Shown here: piece by piece, positions 42,901 to 53,366 of the stretch
How the letters are laid out: each line of letters begins with the position of its first letter
Numbering within the stretch: the first letter of the stretch is position 1
Source of the DNA: Schmidtea nova
Lineage: Eukaryota
Direction of reading: 5' to 3'
Assembly (NCBI GenBank): GCA_044892505.1
Contig: CM097883.1
Span: 275,342,001 to 275,406,000 of the forward strand
DNA length: 64,000 nucleotides
The notes under the pieces: model-generated
Told to the model about the DNA's origin: nothing
Databases searched by the model: none
What the model saw: the letters and a program-made list of their open reading frames with translations, nothing else
Program-made: the position numbers and the translations under genes

Positions 42901-44539
42901 TCGTATTTTAATTAATGAAAATACATTTTGCTACTGATACTCAGTGTTCCACCGCAAACTGTGACTATCTGAACTCCAGCATCCAAGTGAATATTTCTAA
43001 AAATAATATCCATATTCCCTTCGTTCCATTTCACTTCACACATTTATCTTTCAATAATTGAGATTATTTATTTAATTTGCTAAGCAACTGTCTCAAAAAC
43101 AATTTCCTACAAACTTTTTTGCTTTTACTCTTAATATTTGGTTTTCGCAAACTATTTTGAAATCAGTCCTTGAAAGTTTAAGAAAATTATAATTTTAGAA
43201 GGACACCAATTGTAATTTAATTTACAAAAATAATTGTAAAGAAATTGATAAAAACAATTACATAAATGAATCAAAATGCGAAATTTTTGGTATAACGCTC
43301 GGATGGAAATTACAACATTGTGTCTTTGGGGAAGCGGGCAAATAAATTTGGTGTCCATAGGTGTATCATTCTATATCGGATATGGAAGCGGCAACAACCT
43401 TCGAAATTAGCTGGCAACATATTTGTATGAATGTCAGTTCTCACAATTGTGGACGATTATTTTAAAAATTTTGAAAAATAAAAAAACATTCCTTTAAATC
43501 AAAGATAAGAAGTTTATTATTTACATTGAATATACCAAAAAGTAATATATACAACGGATTTTGAAAAAATTGCAACATAAAGTGAAATATTTCTTTTCGA
43601 GTAGAGCTTGGTCTTAAAGCAGAAAATAAAATTGAACGTACTCCTTTTTATATCCACTATATACTTCCTAATGGAGAATTTCGCTACATCTTTCAAAAAC
43701 AGTCCTGTATAAAACTGAAGTCAAGTTTTTGACAGACTTTAGCGGACTAAGGAAAAGAGAAGTAATTTTAAGTCAGGTGTCTCACTCCATCTGCTTCCTT
43801 CACCCAATTAAAATCTTAGTAAAGGATAGATTAAACGGTTAGACAAATACATTCCGTTTATGACGAAGAAATTATCTAAGATACGAAAAACATAAAAACA
43901 AAAATACTGGTATTTGAAGCTATATGCGTTTCATAAACTACAACAAGCAACGCGAAAAAAACTAAATGTCTAGGCTATGCACAACATTAATTACTCTTCT
44001 TATTATGAAACTAAAAACCATTTGTAGAGGCTTTCTATAGTAGGATATGCCCCCGTCAGATATAAATCTACCATACTCCTTTTAGAAAAAGTAGGTCAAC
44101 TTAAATTATTAATTAAGTTTTTGGTTTTCGTCTTAACCGTATGGTTCCTATGATAACCATGAAAGTAAGTCTATATAAGGTCGAACTTGTTATTTAAGGT
44201 CAATTTAAAGTCAGAAAGTAGGTCAAAGTCAATTTAATGACACTTTAATTTCATCTTAAGGTAGTTTAAAGTCAAAATTTAAGTAGACAAATAAAAAAAT
44301 TTAGGTCATACTTAAACATGGTAAAATTTAAGTAGGTCAAATAATATCACATTTAACAGATGACATTCTACTAATATTTTTTAGCAGTTTATGCACGCAT
44401 CCCTCATGGATACGACTCGTCATTATAATGGGTGTGAGGAAAGTTGTTTCATTTCCATCATTTGATGTAGAATGTTATTTTAAATTTAAGTTTTAATGTA
44501 GAAAAAAACATTCTCTTCTCGATTGGGAAGCTGTATATT

Positions 44540-44616
<77 letters not shown>

Positions 44617-45764
44617 ATAAGAGACCCCTTTGGAAGACATATGTGATAATAATGATCATTTCAGTCAAGCTTTCTAATTAATATCGCAAAATTCATAATC
44701 TTTAATTCCATATTTTGGAGGGGCTTTTAGAAATCTATTTTAATTTCATAGGATGCACTTAAAATTTCTTTTCAATTACCTTTTATAATTTTTTTGACTC
44801 CCTAGTATTTTTATTTAGAGCTTAATTAATCCAAGTCTTACTCCTATCACTTATATTACTTGAAAATCACCAATAAGTCTTAACAACAATGTTATCATCT
44901 AGCATCACCTGCATTGCTTATCTAAGTAAAATAAGAATAATGACAAAATAATATAGAATTCTGTCAAGTAAAAACTGCCTGACTCGAAAAAGGAGTTTAA
45001 ACTATTTTAAATAATAAATTTCATCAAAATAACTTTTTCTTTTACAAATTGTCTAACGGAGATTGTTTATTAACTATTACATAGTAGATAATTTGAGTCA
45101 GAATGTAGATCAAAACTTCCCTCTTTAGTAAAAGTAAAGTAAAAAATTATTGGCTGTTGTGGTAATCATAAAAATCAATTTAAGGTTTTAAAAAATCGAT
45201 TTAAGCTAGTCAAAAAAAATAAGAAAATCATTTACTCTTCGATCGTAGAACTAAAAGAATTTGGAGAGGCTTGTTGTGAAGATTTATCTTCAATATCACA
45301 TTTAACATATGAAATCCTACTAATTATTGATAGTTTAAATGATTAATAAATTTAATCATAATAACTTTTTCTCTCGTAAATCACCTATTGAATCTGAAAC
45401 AAACGGTATCTAAAATGAAAAAAAACATGCAAAATAAACATTAAAAATAAAACACAATTCATAACACTGCAAAACCGAGCACTAACAAAGTTAAAGGAAT
45501 TTATTCCAAAATGATTAAAGTTTAAAAAATATAGAAATCTGAGCTTTGAAATTTTTAAAATGAATAAAAAAAATTTATTGTCATACTTTTTTATTGTTTA
45601 TATTTCCTGAAATATCTTCGTTGGTTTTAATTTTACATGATGATTCTTGAAACTTTTTCAACTTCAAAAAAACATAATTCAAACATGTTTGTCAGTGTTT
45701 ATAGAGAGAAAATTACTTTTTTCTTTGCTGCAGCTAATTTTTCATCTCTTGATTTTTCTGACAT
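20389..45764 (-). CDS. GOLGA2: GM130 / golgin subfamily A member 2 orthologue. Supported exons: 45717-45764, 45587-45661, 35813-35883, 35353-35631, 35012-35302, 34753-34938, 34580-34703, 31637-31971, 31491(gap)-31590, 30744-30875, 25746-25849, 23656-23847, 20713-20992, 20389-20666; other exons unresolved or in gaps
   Basis: N-terminus [16 protein letters not shown]|LKKFQ; [20 protein letters not shown]; [20 protein letters not shown]; [34 protein letters not shown]; [26 protein letters not shown]; C-terminus [12 protein letters not shown]. All resemble conserved GM130 blocks; GT-AG phases consistent where consecutive exons could be checked. Confidence 0.92.
22088..23198 (+). mobile_element. 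Merlin (IS1016/ISXO2-like) DNA transposon, decayed, 1111 bp
   Basis: TIR GATCAGATATATTTTTTAAC at both ends; perfect 8-bp TSD AAAATTAT; transposase fragment [10 protein letters not shown]...SHRGRSP...[11 protein letters not shown]. Confidence 0.88.
24671..24930. mobile_element. hAT-type MITE, 260 bp
   Basis: TIR CAGC(A/G)GTCGGGGAACT; 8-bp TSD tcttagaa / tcttagac. Confidence 0.8.
25112..25155 (-). ncRNA. Minimal type I hammerhead ribozyme, canonical core, weakened stem I
   Basis: AUUGCA-CUGAUGA-GAGC(AAAAUAA)GUUC-GAAA-CUAGU-C-UGUCAU; palindromic ACUAGU helix III; GUC cleavage triplet. Confidence 0.65.
26180..26220 (+). ncRNA. Minimal type I hammerhead ribozyme, canonical core, apparently intact
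   Basis: GCAC-CUGAUGA-A-GAGAA(UUAAG)UUCUC-GAAA-UAUAU-U-GUGC; palindromic AUAUAU helix III; inverted 3'-half copy at ~26100-26140. Confidence 0.8.
27089..30568 (+). mobile_element. Tigger/pogo DNA transposon (DDE_1 transposase, decayed) interrupted by a Penelope-like insertion
   Basis: TA-flanked ends with CCCC..TTTAC(G/A)CG; ...[10 protein letters not shown] before the insert; [11 protein letters not shown]...[13 protein letters not shown]...LLMDAPGHP...LLQPLDQG after it. Confidence 0.85.
27245..29345 (-). mobile_element. Penelope-like retroelement relic (RT plus GIY-YIG endonuclease); boundaries approximate
   Basis: LPYSEG...IVYQF...[22 protein letters not shown]; RT-side fragments [12 protein letters not shown] and YKTYVDEIF; decayed hammerhead-like motif at ~27368-27412. 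Confidence 0.8.
32265..32448. mobile_element. Small piggyBac-type MITE
   Basis: TTAA|CCCCTTCACTGC ... GCAGCAAAAGGG|TTGA. Confidence 0.5.
32780..34066. repeat. Direct repeat of a ~130-bp unit at 32780-32908 and 33936-34066 (second copy runs into a gap)
   Basis: Both read gtacttgt...catgggtctacgggtgg...aattgactgtttaactatctgacgt. Confidence 0.85.
33061..36521. repeat. Inverted pair of a ~180-bp intronic repeat (33061-33240 and 36338-36521) flanking five GM130 exons
   Basis: tacctggtc...atggatattgaccatgaaattgaccc...ttcgacccatt...gttgtagg has its reverse complement at 36357-36521. Confidence 0.8.
38541..39560 (-). mobile_element. Mariner transposon relic (spans an N-gap)
   Basis: [15 protein letters not shown] and [25 protein letters not shown] resemble the mariner YSPDLAP.D motif and C-terminus; TIR-like CTACTGCTATCAAAAAGTACCCGG after TA. 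Confidence 0.8.
39865..41089 (-). mobile_element. IS630-Tc1-mariner superfamily relic with TIRs
   Basis: TIR AGGTGCGT(C/A)AAG..TATTT.AGGAC at both ends, TA-flanked; N-terminus [22 protein letters not shown]; [12 protein letters not shown] resembles SPDLNPLDY. Confidence 0.75.
41571..42714. mobile_element. Fold-back non-autonomous DNA element, MULE-like by its 9-10-bp TSD
   Basis: Perfect flanking duplication GGTAAAAACT at 41561-41570 and 42715-42724; inverted subterminal arrays of ACATCGA(C/T). Confidence 0.65.
41720..42221 (+). mobile_element. Internally deleted Merlin element (502 bp) nested in the fold-back element
   Basis: TIR GGTACTT(C/G)TTCATTATCGGGACCCCC; 8-bp TSD caaaaaat / aaaaaaat; [21 protein letters not shown]...[13 protein letters not shown]. 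Confidence 0.9.
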
Positions 45765-46332
45765 TTTTAAAAAAAATGTTATTTCCTTAGTAATTTTTGA
45801 AAACGATAAAAATTTGGATTTTTAGTTTGGATTTTTAGTTTGGATTTTTAAAAGTTAGCTCTAAAAAACAATTACAGAATTAAACAACACGTTGACAATT
45901 ATTTCAAGGTCAATCTGTTGAATTCGTTTAACAAATTTATTATATTTTAAGAAATACATAACAAACCAAGATTTAGTTATAATTTTAAATATATTTTTTA
46001 ATTTTAATAATTTTTCAACTATTTTGAAACTTGTTTAAACCTAAGATAAAGAAATGTTTAATAAAATTTCATTATCTTATGAAATTTTTAAGAAGAAACA
46101 TTTACGGTAACTAAATGTGATTTTGTCCTTACGATTTCTTAAGTGTAGATAAAAAGAGAATGTTTACAGACATCAAGGTTTTAGGTTTAATAAAGTAAAT
46201 ATTAATCATAATTACACTAAGTAGTGACTGGTCACACCCACTTTTAAAAATATTTTTAAAAATAATTAAATAATATTTAAAATAATTAATTGGGAGCTTG
46301 ATTGCTATGAGAGATTGTGGGGCGAGCCTGAA

Positions 46333-46374
46333 GCCGTTAGACCATCTTATCGAAATCTATATAAATATTATATG
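46333..46374 (+). other. Planarian spliced-leader (SL) exon-like sequence, 42 nt, inside the Gypsy LTR
   Basis: GCCGTTAGACCATCTTATCGAAATCTATATAAATATTATATG versus recalled Schmidtea SL1 GCCGTTAGACGGTCTTATCGAAATCTATATAAATCTTATATG (39/42, same length, ends in ATG); not followed by a GT donor. Confidence 0.85.
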
Positions 46375-46543
46375 GACATTGTAACCAAATCAATTAAATA
46401 ATTATTATAAATACCATATGTATTTATAATAATAATATCATTAAACAAAATTTTGTTTTAATATGTAATATAAATAAATATTTACAAATTCGAATATTGT
46501 CTTATTTCTAATATCTTATGATGAACTCCGAAAAAGACAACAT

Positions 46544-46555
46544 TGGTGTCAGAAG
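46544..46555 (+). promoter_or_regulatory. Primer-binding site complementary to a tRNA-Leu 3' end
   Basis: TGGTGTCAGAAG one base after the LTR-terminal CA. Confidence 0.75.
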
Positions 46556-48645
46556 CGTGGCTTATGAAAGTAGTCACATGCAGATGAAGATGCCGATTTT
46601 CTTCGACAACGTGGTAGCGTGGTTCCAGCAGGTTGACGCTGCACTCGAGCTTGCATCAAAAAAATGAAAAGTCAAAATATTTTCATTTGCTCACCAGTTT
46701 ACCACCACGAATCCTCGAAGAATATTCGGATCTATTGGACCCACACGTCAAACTGCCGTATTCGACGTTAAAAGACGCAATCATCGAGGGAGTCAAAAGG
46801 ATCGATAACTGAGGCTGCTAACAAATTACTCCAGAAACAAGAGCTTGGTGATCGAAAACCAAGTCAGCTGCTCAGGGAACTCAAGCGAAATTACAAATTA
46901 ATGGAACCGAATGGAAACCCACAAACAAGCCAGATCCTGAGATTTCAATTTATAAATTACATGCCAATTCACATACAACACTTGTTAGTGTCAAAAGAAG
47001 CAGACATTGATGAGCTGGCAAACATCGCAAACGTGCATATGAGTATCGAAAATCATGTTATATCTCAGGTGGAAAATCTACCACCAACCGAACGCCAGTA
47101 TCAACAGCAAATAGAAAATCTCTAAAATCAAATCAATGCCATAAAATCAAATAACAAATCAAATCAATACAACAAGCTGTCAACATAAAACCCAATATGC
47201 TATTTCCACAGAAGATTTGGAAAAGATGCCCGAAAATGCGAACAGCTATGTCACTGGAATAAGTCATATTCGGGAAAAGGTCAAGGATCTCTTTGATGTC
47301 GACGACAGAGATCCTGAACAACTCTCAGCAGTCGACAAAAATCCACGCCATATTCACTGTGCCAGTTCTTCAGAGCAACAAAACACACAATTTTCTTGTG
47401 GATTCTGGAGCGGATGTCAGCGTCATTCCAGCAAATGCATTTACGCCTGATCTTAGAGACGGGCCTATTAAACTTGTTTCAGCCAACAACTGCAACATCA
47501 AAACGTATGGTTCAAAGGTGCTACACTTCAGGATTGCAGGCATAGAGCAAAACTTTTAATGGAGCTTTGTGGTGGCTGATGTAACCCACCCGATTCTAGG
47601 AGCAGATTTTCTATCCAAACATAAATTTGTAATTGACTGCAGAAATGCTGAGATTTACATCACCGAAAATACGACAGAAGCCAGAGCAACAACTGCTCCT
47701 GACGAAATCAACTCAATTCTTCTTGAGCACGCATTGGAGATAGAGACAGCATGTCTACCGATTGCACAATCAGCTAAGACGGATCGATTCGACCCTGTGG
47801 AGATTACAGACTTTTGAATGCAGCAACAAAGTCAGACAGATACCCATTACCCAGGAAAACCGATATGCTCCATCAACTGGGAAGGAGTCAAATATTCTCA
47901 ACCATCGACTTAGAGAAAGCGTATCATCAAATCCCCATCTCAGTAAATGACATACCAAAAACGGCTATAATCACGCCGTTTGGGTTATATGAATATATAA
48001 AAATGCCATTTGGATTAAAAAATGCATCGCAGACCTTTCAACGGTTCATGGACAAACTTCTACGCCCGTACAGAGAATTTACCAGAGCATACATAGATGA
48101 TATCATCATCTTCTCCAAGTCTATAGAAGAACATCGTAATCACTTATCAAGCATTCGGAAAGTCGTGGAAGACGCAAATTTGTCCATCAATGAGAATAAG
48201 TGCTGCACCACTCAAACAGAAGTAAAATTCCTTGGATTTAACATTTCAGGTTCAGGAATATCACCACAATCAGACAAGATTCAAGCAATTTCATTATGCC
48301 CACGCCCGAACAACAAGAAATATATTCTTACTATTATTGACAGGCATACACAGTGATCCAGAACTTCATCGATATTTGTGCAACTCTAACAAATCTGGGT
48401 ATGGAGAATTATTTGATTTATCGCCACCTATCTATCTCTAATAACGATTATTGGATTTATAACTTTAAGAATTTTTTCGATGGATTTAAAAGAAAGAGTG
48501 ATTTGAATCTTTGTTTAGCTGAACTATTTTTGTTTGTTTTTTTTGAGTTTGTTTCGTTTTCGACTAGGAAGTGGAAACTTTTTGAATTTTTTGAAATTCG
48601 TTGAGTAATTTTTGATATTTGCTTTATAATTTAATAAATTAAAAA

Positions 48646-49232
48646 ATGTCATTGGGCTCGAGTGTTTTTGATCGTTATATGACTATTTTTTCACACGAAG
48701 GCAGATTATTTCAAGTCGCATATGCATTTAAAGCGATTGCGTTAGATGGATTACTTTCTGTTGGTGATCGAGGTAATGATTGTGGCGTAGTTGTTACACA
48801 AAGAAAATTCCCAGATAAAATGATTGAAAAGAGTTCAGCTACAAGATTATTTAATATAACTGAAAGTACAGGTTGCGTTATGACCGGTATGATTTCTGAT
48901 TGCAGATCGCAAGTCTGCCGTGCACAAATGGAAGCTGCACGATTTAAATGCAAAATTAGATGCGAAATGTCCTGTGACATGATTTGTCGATGTATTGCCG
49001 ATATTAATCAATTGTACACTCAATCAGCTGAAATGAGGCTATTAGGCTGTTCAATGATCACATTGTCATATGATAAGGAGATGGATAAGCCACTGTTATT
49101 CAAAACCGATCCAAGTGGATTTGTAGCTGGTCATCGAGCTGTTGCGGTCGGTGGAAAACAGTTGGAAGCTAAAAGCTATTTGGAAAAGAAGCTTCGTAAA
49201 AATACAGAATTTTCAATTGATGAGGAAATAAA
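48646..49232 (+). pseudogene. PSMA6: Intronless, 3'-truncated copy of proteasome subunit alpha type-6
   Basis: FDRYMTIFSHEGRLFQVAYAFKA (conserved form [23 protein letters not shown]), GCVMTGMISDCRSQV, YTQSAEMRLLGCSM, KTDPSG; similarity stops near aa 195 and the ORF runs into unrelated sequence to 49374. Confidence 0.88.
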
Positions 49233-49629
49233 TCGCTGCTGGACGCGGCGAACCAGTGACTTTGAATTACATTTCATTTTAATTTGTAGATATTATATGC
49301 AAGCACATTTATTTTTCAAAATTATAATAATGTATTCTATCATTTATAATTTCTTCGCAAAAAAAATTAAATAAAAAAATTTAACTTTTGAAGATGCCAT
49401 TGAACTTTCATTTAAATAACTCCCGCGTAAAACACCAAATTAGGATTCTAAAACACAATACTTTACTTATTTTGAGCAAAAACTAAATCCAACAGGTTTT
49501 TTTTATTGAAGCAGTAACATAGAATGTAGAGAACGCGTAAGAAGTTAATTTAAATTTTGTAATAAGAAACACCAATTAAAAAACTTAATAACAAAACCAA
49601 CAAAAAAATAAATAAAAGAGCTCACCGAG

Positions 49630-49866
49630 TGGTGGGTTGTTGACAGCAAATATGACCTTGACTTTGCTATGGCTCATCATCAACAACTCATCACATAAAA
49701 CATTATTTGACCATCTTGTTACCCGCTACAATATAACGTTGGTAATGGAACAAATGGTTGGACATCCACAAACAATGAGCGTCGAAAAAACTTGAAACTA
49801 CGATTTGCCGAATGTCGCGGTGGGTTCAAGGCTGACCGATAGAAGCTTCTTTGCCAATTCTGTCCC
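49630..49866 (+). ncRNA. Copy C (most diverged) of the ~234-nt structured repeat
   Basis: End-to-end similarity; compensatory changes GACAU/AUGUC and UUGG/CCAA relative to the other copies. Confidence 0.6.
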
Positions 49867-50009
49867 ATGCCCATTAATTAATCTTAAAGCGCACTTAATA
49901 ATTGCCTTTTCAATAAATAACAGCTAAAAAATCAATTTCATCCATACAAATTTATTAATATATCAAATCAATCATTATGAACAACTGCAGCAATAAATAT
50001 ATCCAAATA

Positions 50010-52338
50010 CACCTAATTCTGTTTTTACGCGATAGGTACGTTCCTCGAAAATTCGCGTAAAAGAAATTCGCGTAAAAAAGATATATTATCTATATAAAAG
50101 TATGGGATTGGTTCCGAATTTTCAAAATCAACCAAAATAATGTGATTAAAATATACAAATTTATATTTTTAGGTGTTTTAAAAATTTTATATTTATTTAA
50201 AGATATATTTATAAGTATATTATTAAAGGACAAACGAAAAAAATGATACAAAATGCTAATTTAACAAAATAAATTCATTATTTAACAAAATATCACAAAA
50301 AAATTCATTTTAATAAAACAAAAAATGGCAAAATATATTATAAAACATATTTTTTAATTGCTGTCACTTCCTGATGATATACGCATTCGTTTATGTGAGA
50401 CTTGAACGTCACTGTCATCACTAGAAATATTTGCAACTTCATTTTCATGTTCAAGTGGTGCTGATGTTTCAGTTGTTTTGAGTTTAGTCACAAATTCAGT
50501 TATCAATCGTTGTGTTCTCGGTTTGATAATGCTGTTATATAATTCAAGATAATTACCCATTAATAATTTCACGTCACGTTCAAATTTCCGAGCTCTTTCC
50601 TCAATATGATCATGCTTGCTAAAATGATCGCTCAATTAAGCTGCTAGTTGCAGTCCTTCTTTGATTTGATCTGGGGTGAGGGTAGGAATCTCTACGTCAT
50701 CTTCACTTATTTCTTGGGCATCAGGCGTTTCAAGCGCAAAACCATTGATTTTATCAGTGCTTGGTCCCTTATCCACTAATAATTCTTCGATATCTGCAGA
50801 CGAGAGATCATCAAAACCTTCTCCGCCTACTTCATGAGCTAAGGCTATAATATTGGTATACTCGACTGTATTAGAAGGCATTGGATCTTTATTTTTGACG
50901 CATTCTGGTCAAAGGGATTTCCAACATGCGTTTAAAGTTGATGGTTTTAGTTCTGATAGTGCTAATCCAGCATGTTTGATGCAGTCATTAATAGAAAATT
51001 TCTTCCACGCGTCCATGACTTTTAAATTTTCATCATTCATTAATTTATCTAAAATGTATCGGAATGTTTGCTTTACATAATAGGTCTTAAAGGTTGCTAC
51101 GATTCCTTGATCCAGTGGTTGTATCAACGAAGTCGTATTAGGCGGCAAAAAACAAAATTCGACATTTGGGTGCTCCATATGGGGATGACCTGGTGCGTTG
51201 TCTATAATGAACAGAAACTTGAATTCGAGACCTTAATCGCTCATATAGCGCCAAACTTCTGGTACAAAATATTTTAAGAATCATTCCTTAAAAGTTTCAG
51301 TAGTTACCCAGGCTTTTTTATTTGCTGTCCAGTGGACTGGCAATCTACTAAAATTTACACCTTTCATTGACCGTGGTTTTAGTGCTCTATTTACAAGTAA
51401 AGGTTTCAGTATTCGATCTCCTGAAGCGTTAGAACAAAATAAAAAGGTCACGCGATCCTTGGCTACTTTAAACTCACTTGCAATTTTCTGGGATTTGGCT
51501 ACGTATGTTCTACTCTGCATTCTTTTCCAGAAAAGACCTGTTTCATCTGCATTCCATACCTGATCCGAAGTGAAGCCACGTTCTTCAATTATTTTAGCCA
51601 CTTTTTTGTGGAAATGCTTTAGCTACATCCTCATCTGCAGATGGAATTTTACCCCTAATTTTTATATTATGATGTGCGTGCCTTTGCAGATAACCTGTCA
51701 TTCAACCTGTACTTGAAGAAAATTCAAATTTTTTATCTTTCTGGCCTGATGTTTGTGTTTCCATTTCTTTCATCTGCTTATAAATTCGTAATGCCATCTG
51801 CTTTATGCCATTTCCGTCAACAGGTATCCGTTTTTGTGAGCAATCCTCCATCCATATTACAAGAGCCTTCTCCATTTTCTCTTTTACATTGTCTCTTGTG
51901 TATGATGTTGTATGAGTACTCATATTTGTTCCAGCAATCACAGATTTTCTGATAGCTTCTTCATTTTTTTTATAGTTCTTATGGTTGATTCTTTTAAATT
52001 AAAATATTTTCCTACAGAAGTGGCACTTTCTCCAGTGGCTAGTCTATCCAAAATTTTGATTTTAATTTCCAAAGAAATAGCTTTTCTATTCGTTTGTTTT
52101 TTAGCTGACATTATTAATTGTAATGAGGTTCCTATAAAAAATTTATTTGCATGTAATAAATGAATGGACTTAAAATTATAAATTACCTTTAACTTTAATT
52201 GAATTTATATTTGAATTTTTTTTGCTAAAAATGAAATTTTTTGCATCGCGTTAAATCAAATCAAATTGCGTAAAAACAGAACGAAATAATTTTGTTGAAT
52301 CACGTTAATTCAAATTCGCATAAAAACAGAATTAGGTA
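50010..52338 (-). mobile_element. Near full-length Tigger/pogo transposon (2329 bp), transposase frameshifted
   Basis: TIR ACCTAATTCTGTTTTTA(C/T)GCG at both ends, TA-flanked; EKALVIWMED, QVWNADETGLFWKRM, DRVTFLFCSNASG, LPPNTTSLIQPLDQG. Confidence 0.93.
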
Positions 52339-53366
52339 TATATATATATATATATATACTACAACCACAGACAAAGCAAGATTATTTCGATCATTTTTCA
52401 ATAAATATCGAGGTTTTCGTGAGGTTCCAGCAAGTTGCTCCTGCTTTTTATTCCACCAGCACTCAATCAGATTGTATGTCGACTTAATCGATCAGCAGCG
52501 TCTTAAAAATAAAAACATGTTTAGTTATCCCGTTAGACTACTATGTTATGCTTCAATCGACGATATACGGGATACCCAAACAGTTTTCACTTTTATCCCA
52601 GACGAGCATCATTCCCCAAACTTAAAACTTTTGTTTTCTAGCACTAAAGTTCTAATCTGAACATGAATATTGTTTAAATTTTTACTTAAAACGGTTAGAA
52701 AAATCTTGTGACTAAAATTGATCGAGATTAGAAGAAATTTTCTGATAGAAGTTTTATGTTCCCAGTTTCCATGATGCTGAACTCAAATCCTTCGCCCACC
52801 TTATCGACTAACCTTATATAAAAAATATATAAATGTAGAATTATATAACAAAACTGTTTCCAAATTGGTGGTCTTAAATCAGAAATAAAGGTATTTTATT
52901 TATTTTTTATACTTTTGTTGGGTGGTATTGGTGTTGTTATAAAAATGATTATTGTCTCTAGGGAATTATACAACCCATAGCTCATCATAAACATTGAACT
53001 ACCTCACTCATGTACCCATAGTTATTCCTTAAAGAACTATATTGGTACTGTACACTGTGGCAAGGATCTACTTCCTATTACCTTATTCTTTCTTAGATCT
53101 ATGCTTATCCATTCCCAAAAAATATGCGATTCACCCTTCTTAATCTCCCTTGGTTTCCTTCGCAACTATGTCCTAAGTTATTTTTACCCATCACCCAAAT
53201 TTAATTCTCAATGAATTTTAGTTATTTCTCATCGCGCCCAAGGAACTCCGAAGAATCCTCAGCAATGTGGCATTCGCCCATCATGGCATTACACCACAAG
53301 GATGCAACTATTTATTTTATGAGCAGAGCTTAATCGGGAATTCCTTAGTCAAAACACGTAATAAAT

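Larger units (their letters stand above)
46316..48400 (+). mobile_element. 3'-truncated Gypsy LTR retrotransposon: 5' LTR 46316-46542, tRNA-Leu-type PBS, gag, protease, RT, short integrase fragment
   Basis: TGTGGGG...CAACA followed by TGGTGTCAGAAG; gag WFQQVDAAL...QELGDRKPSQLLREL; protease FLVDSGADVSVIP; RT IDLEKAYHQIP...MPFGLKNA...YIDDII; YILTIIDRHT. The LTR 5' boundary is inferred from one copy only. Confidence 0.88.

Noticed and set aside
44860-45411. Additional GM130 exons 3-5
   Set aside because: Splice-like sites exist but I could not find a unique phase-consistent path; left unresolved
46333-46460. Functional SL-RNA gene
   Set aside because: The exon is followed by GACATT, not a GT donor; no convincing Sm site; it lies inside an LTR upstream of a PBS
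52345-52660. LINE reverse-transcriptase fragment (TTTDKARLFRSFF)
   Set aside because: Resemblance limited to one short motif; insufficient support
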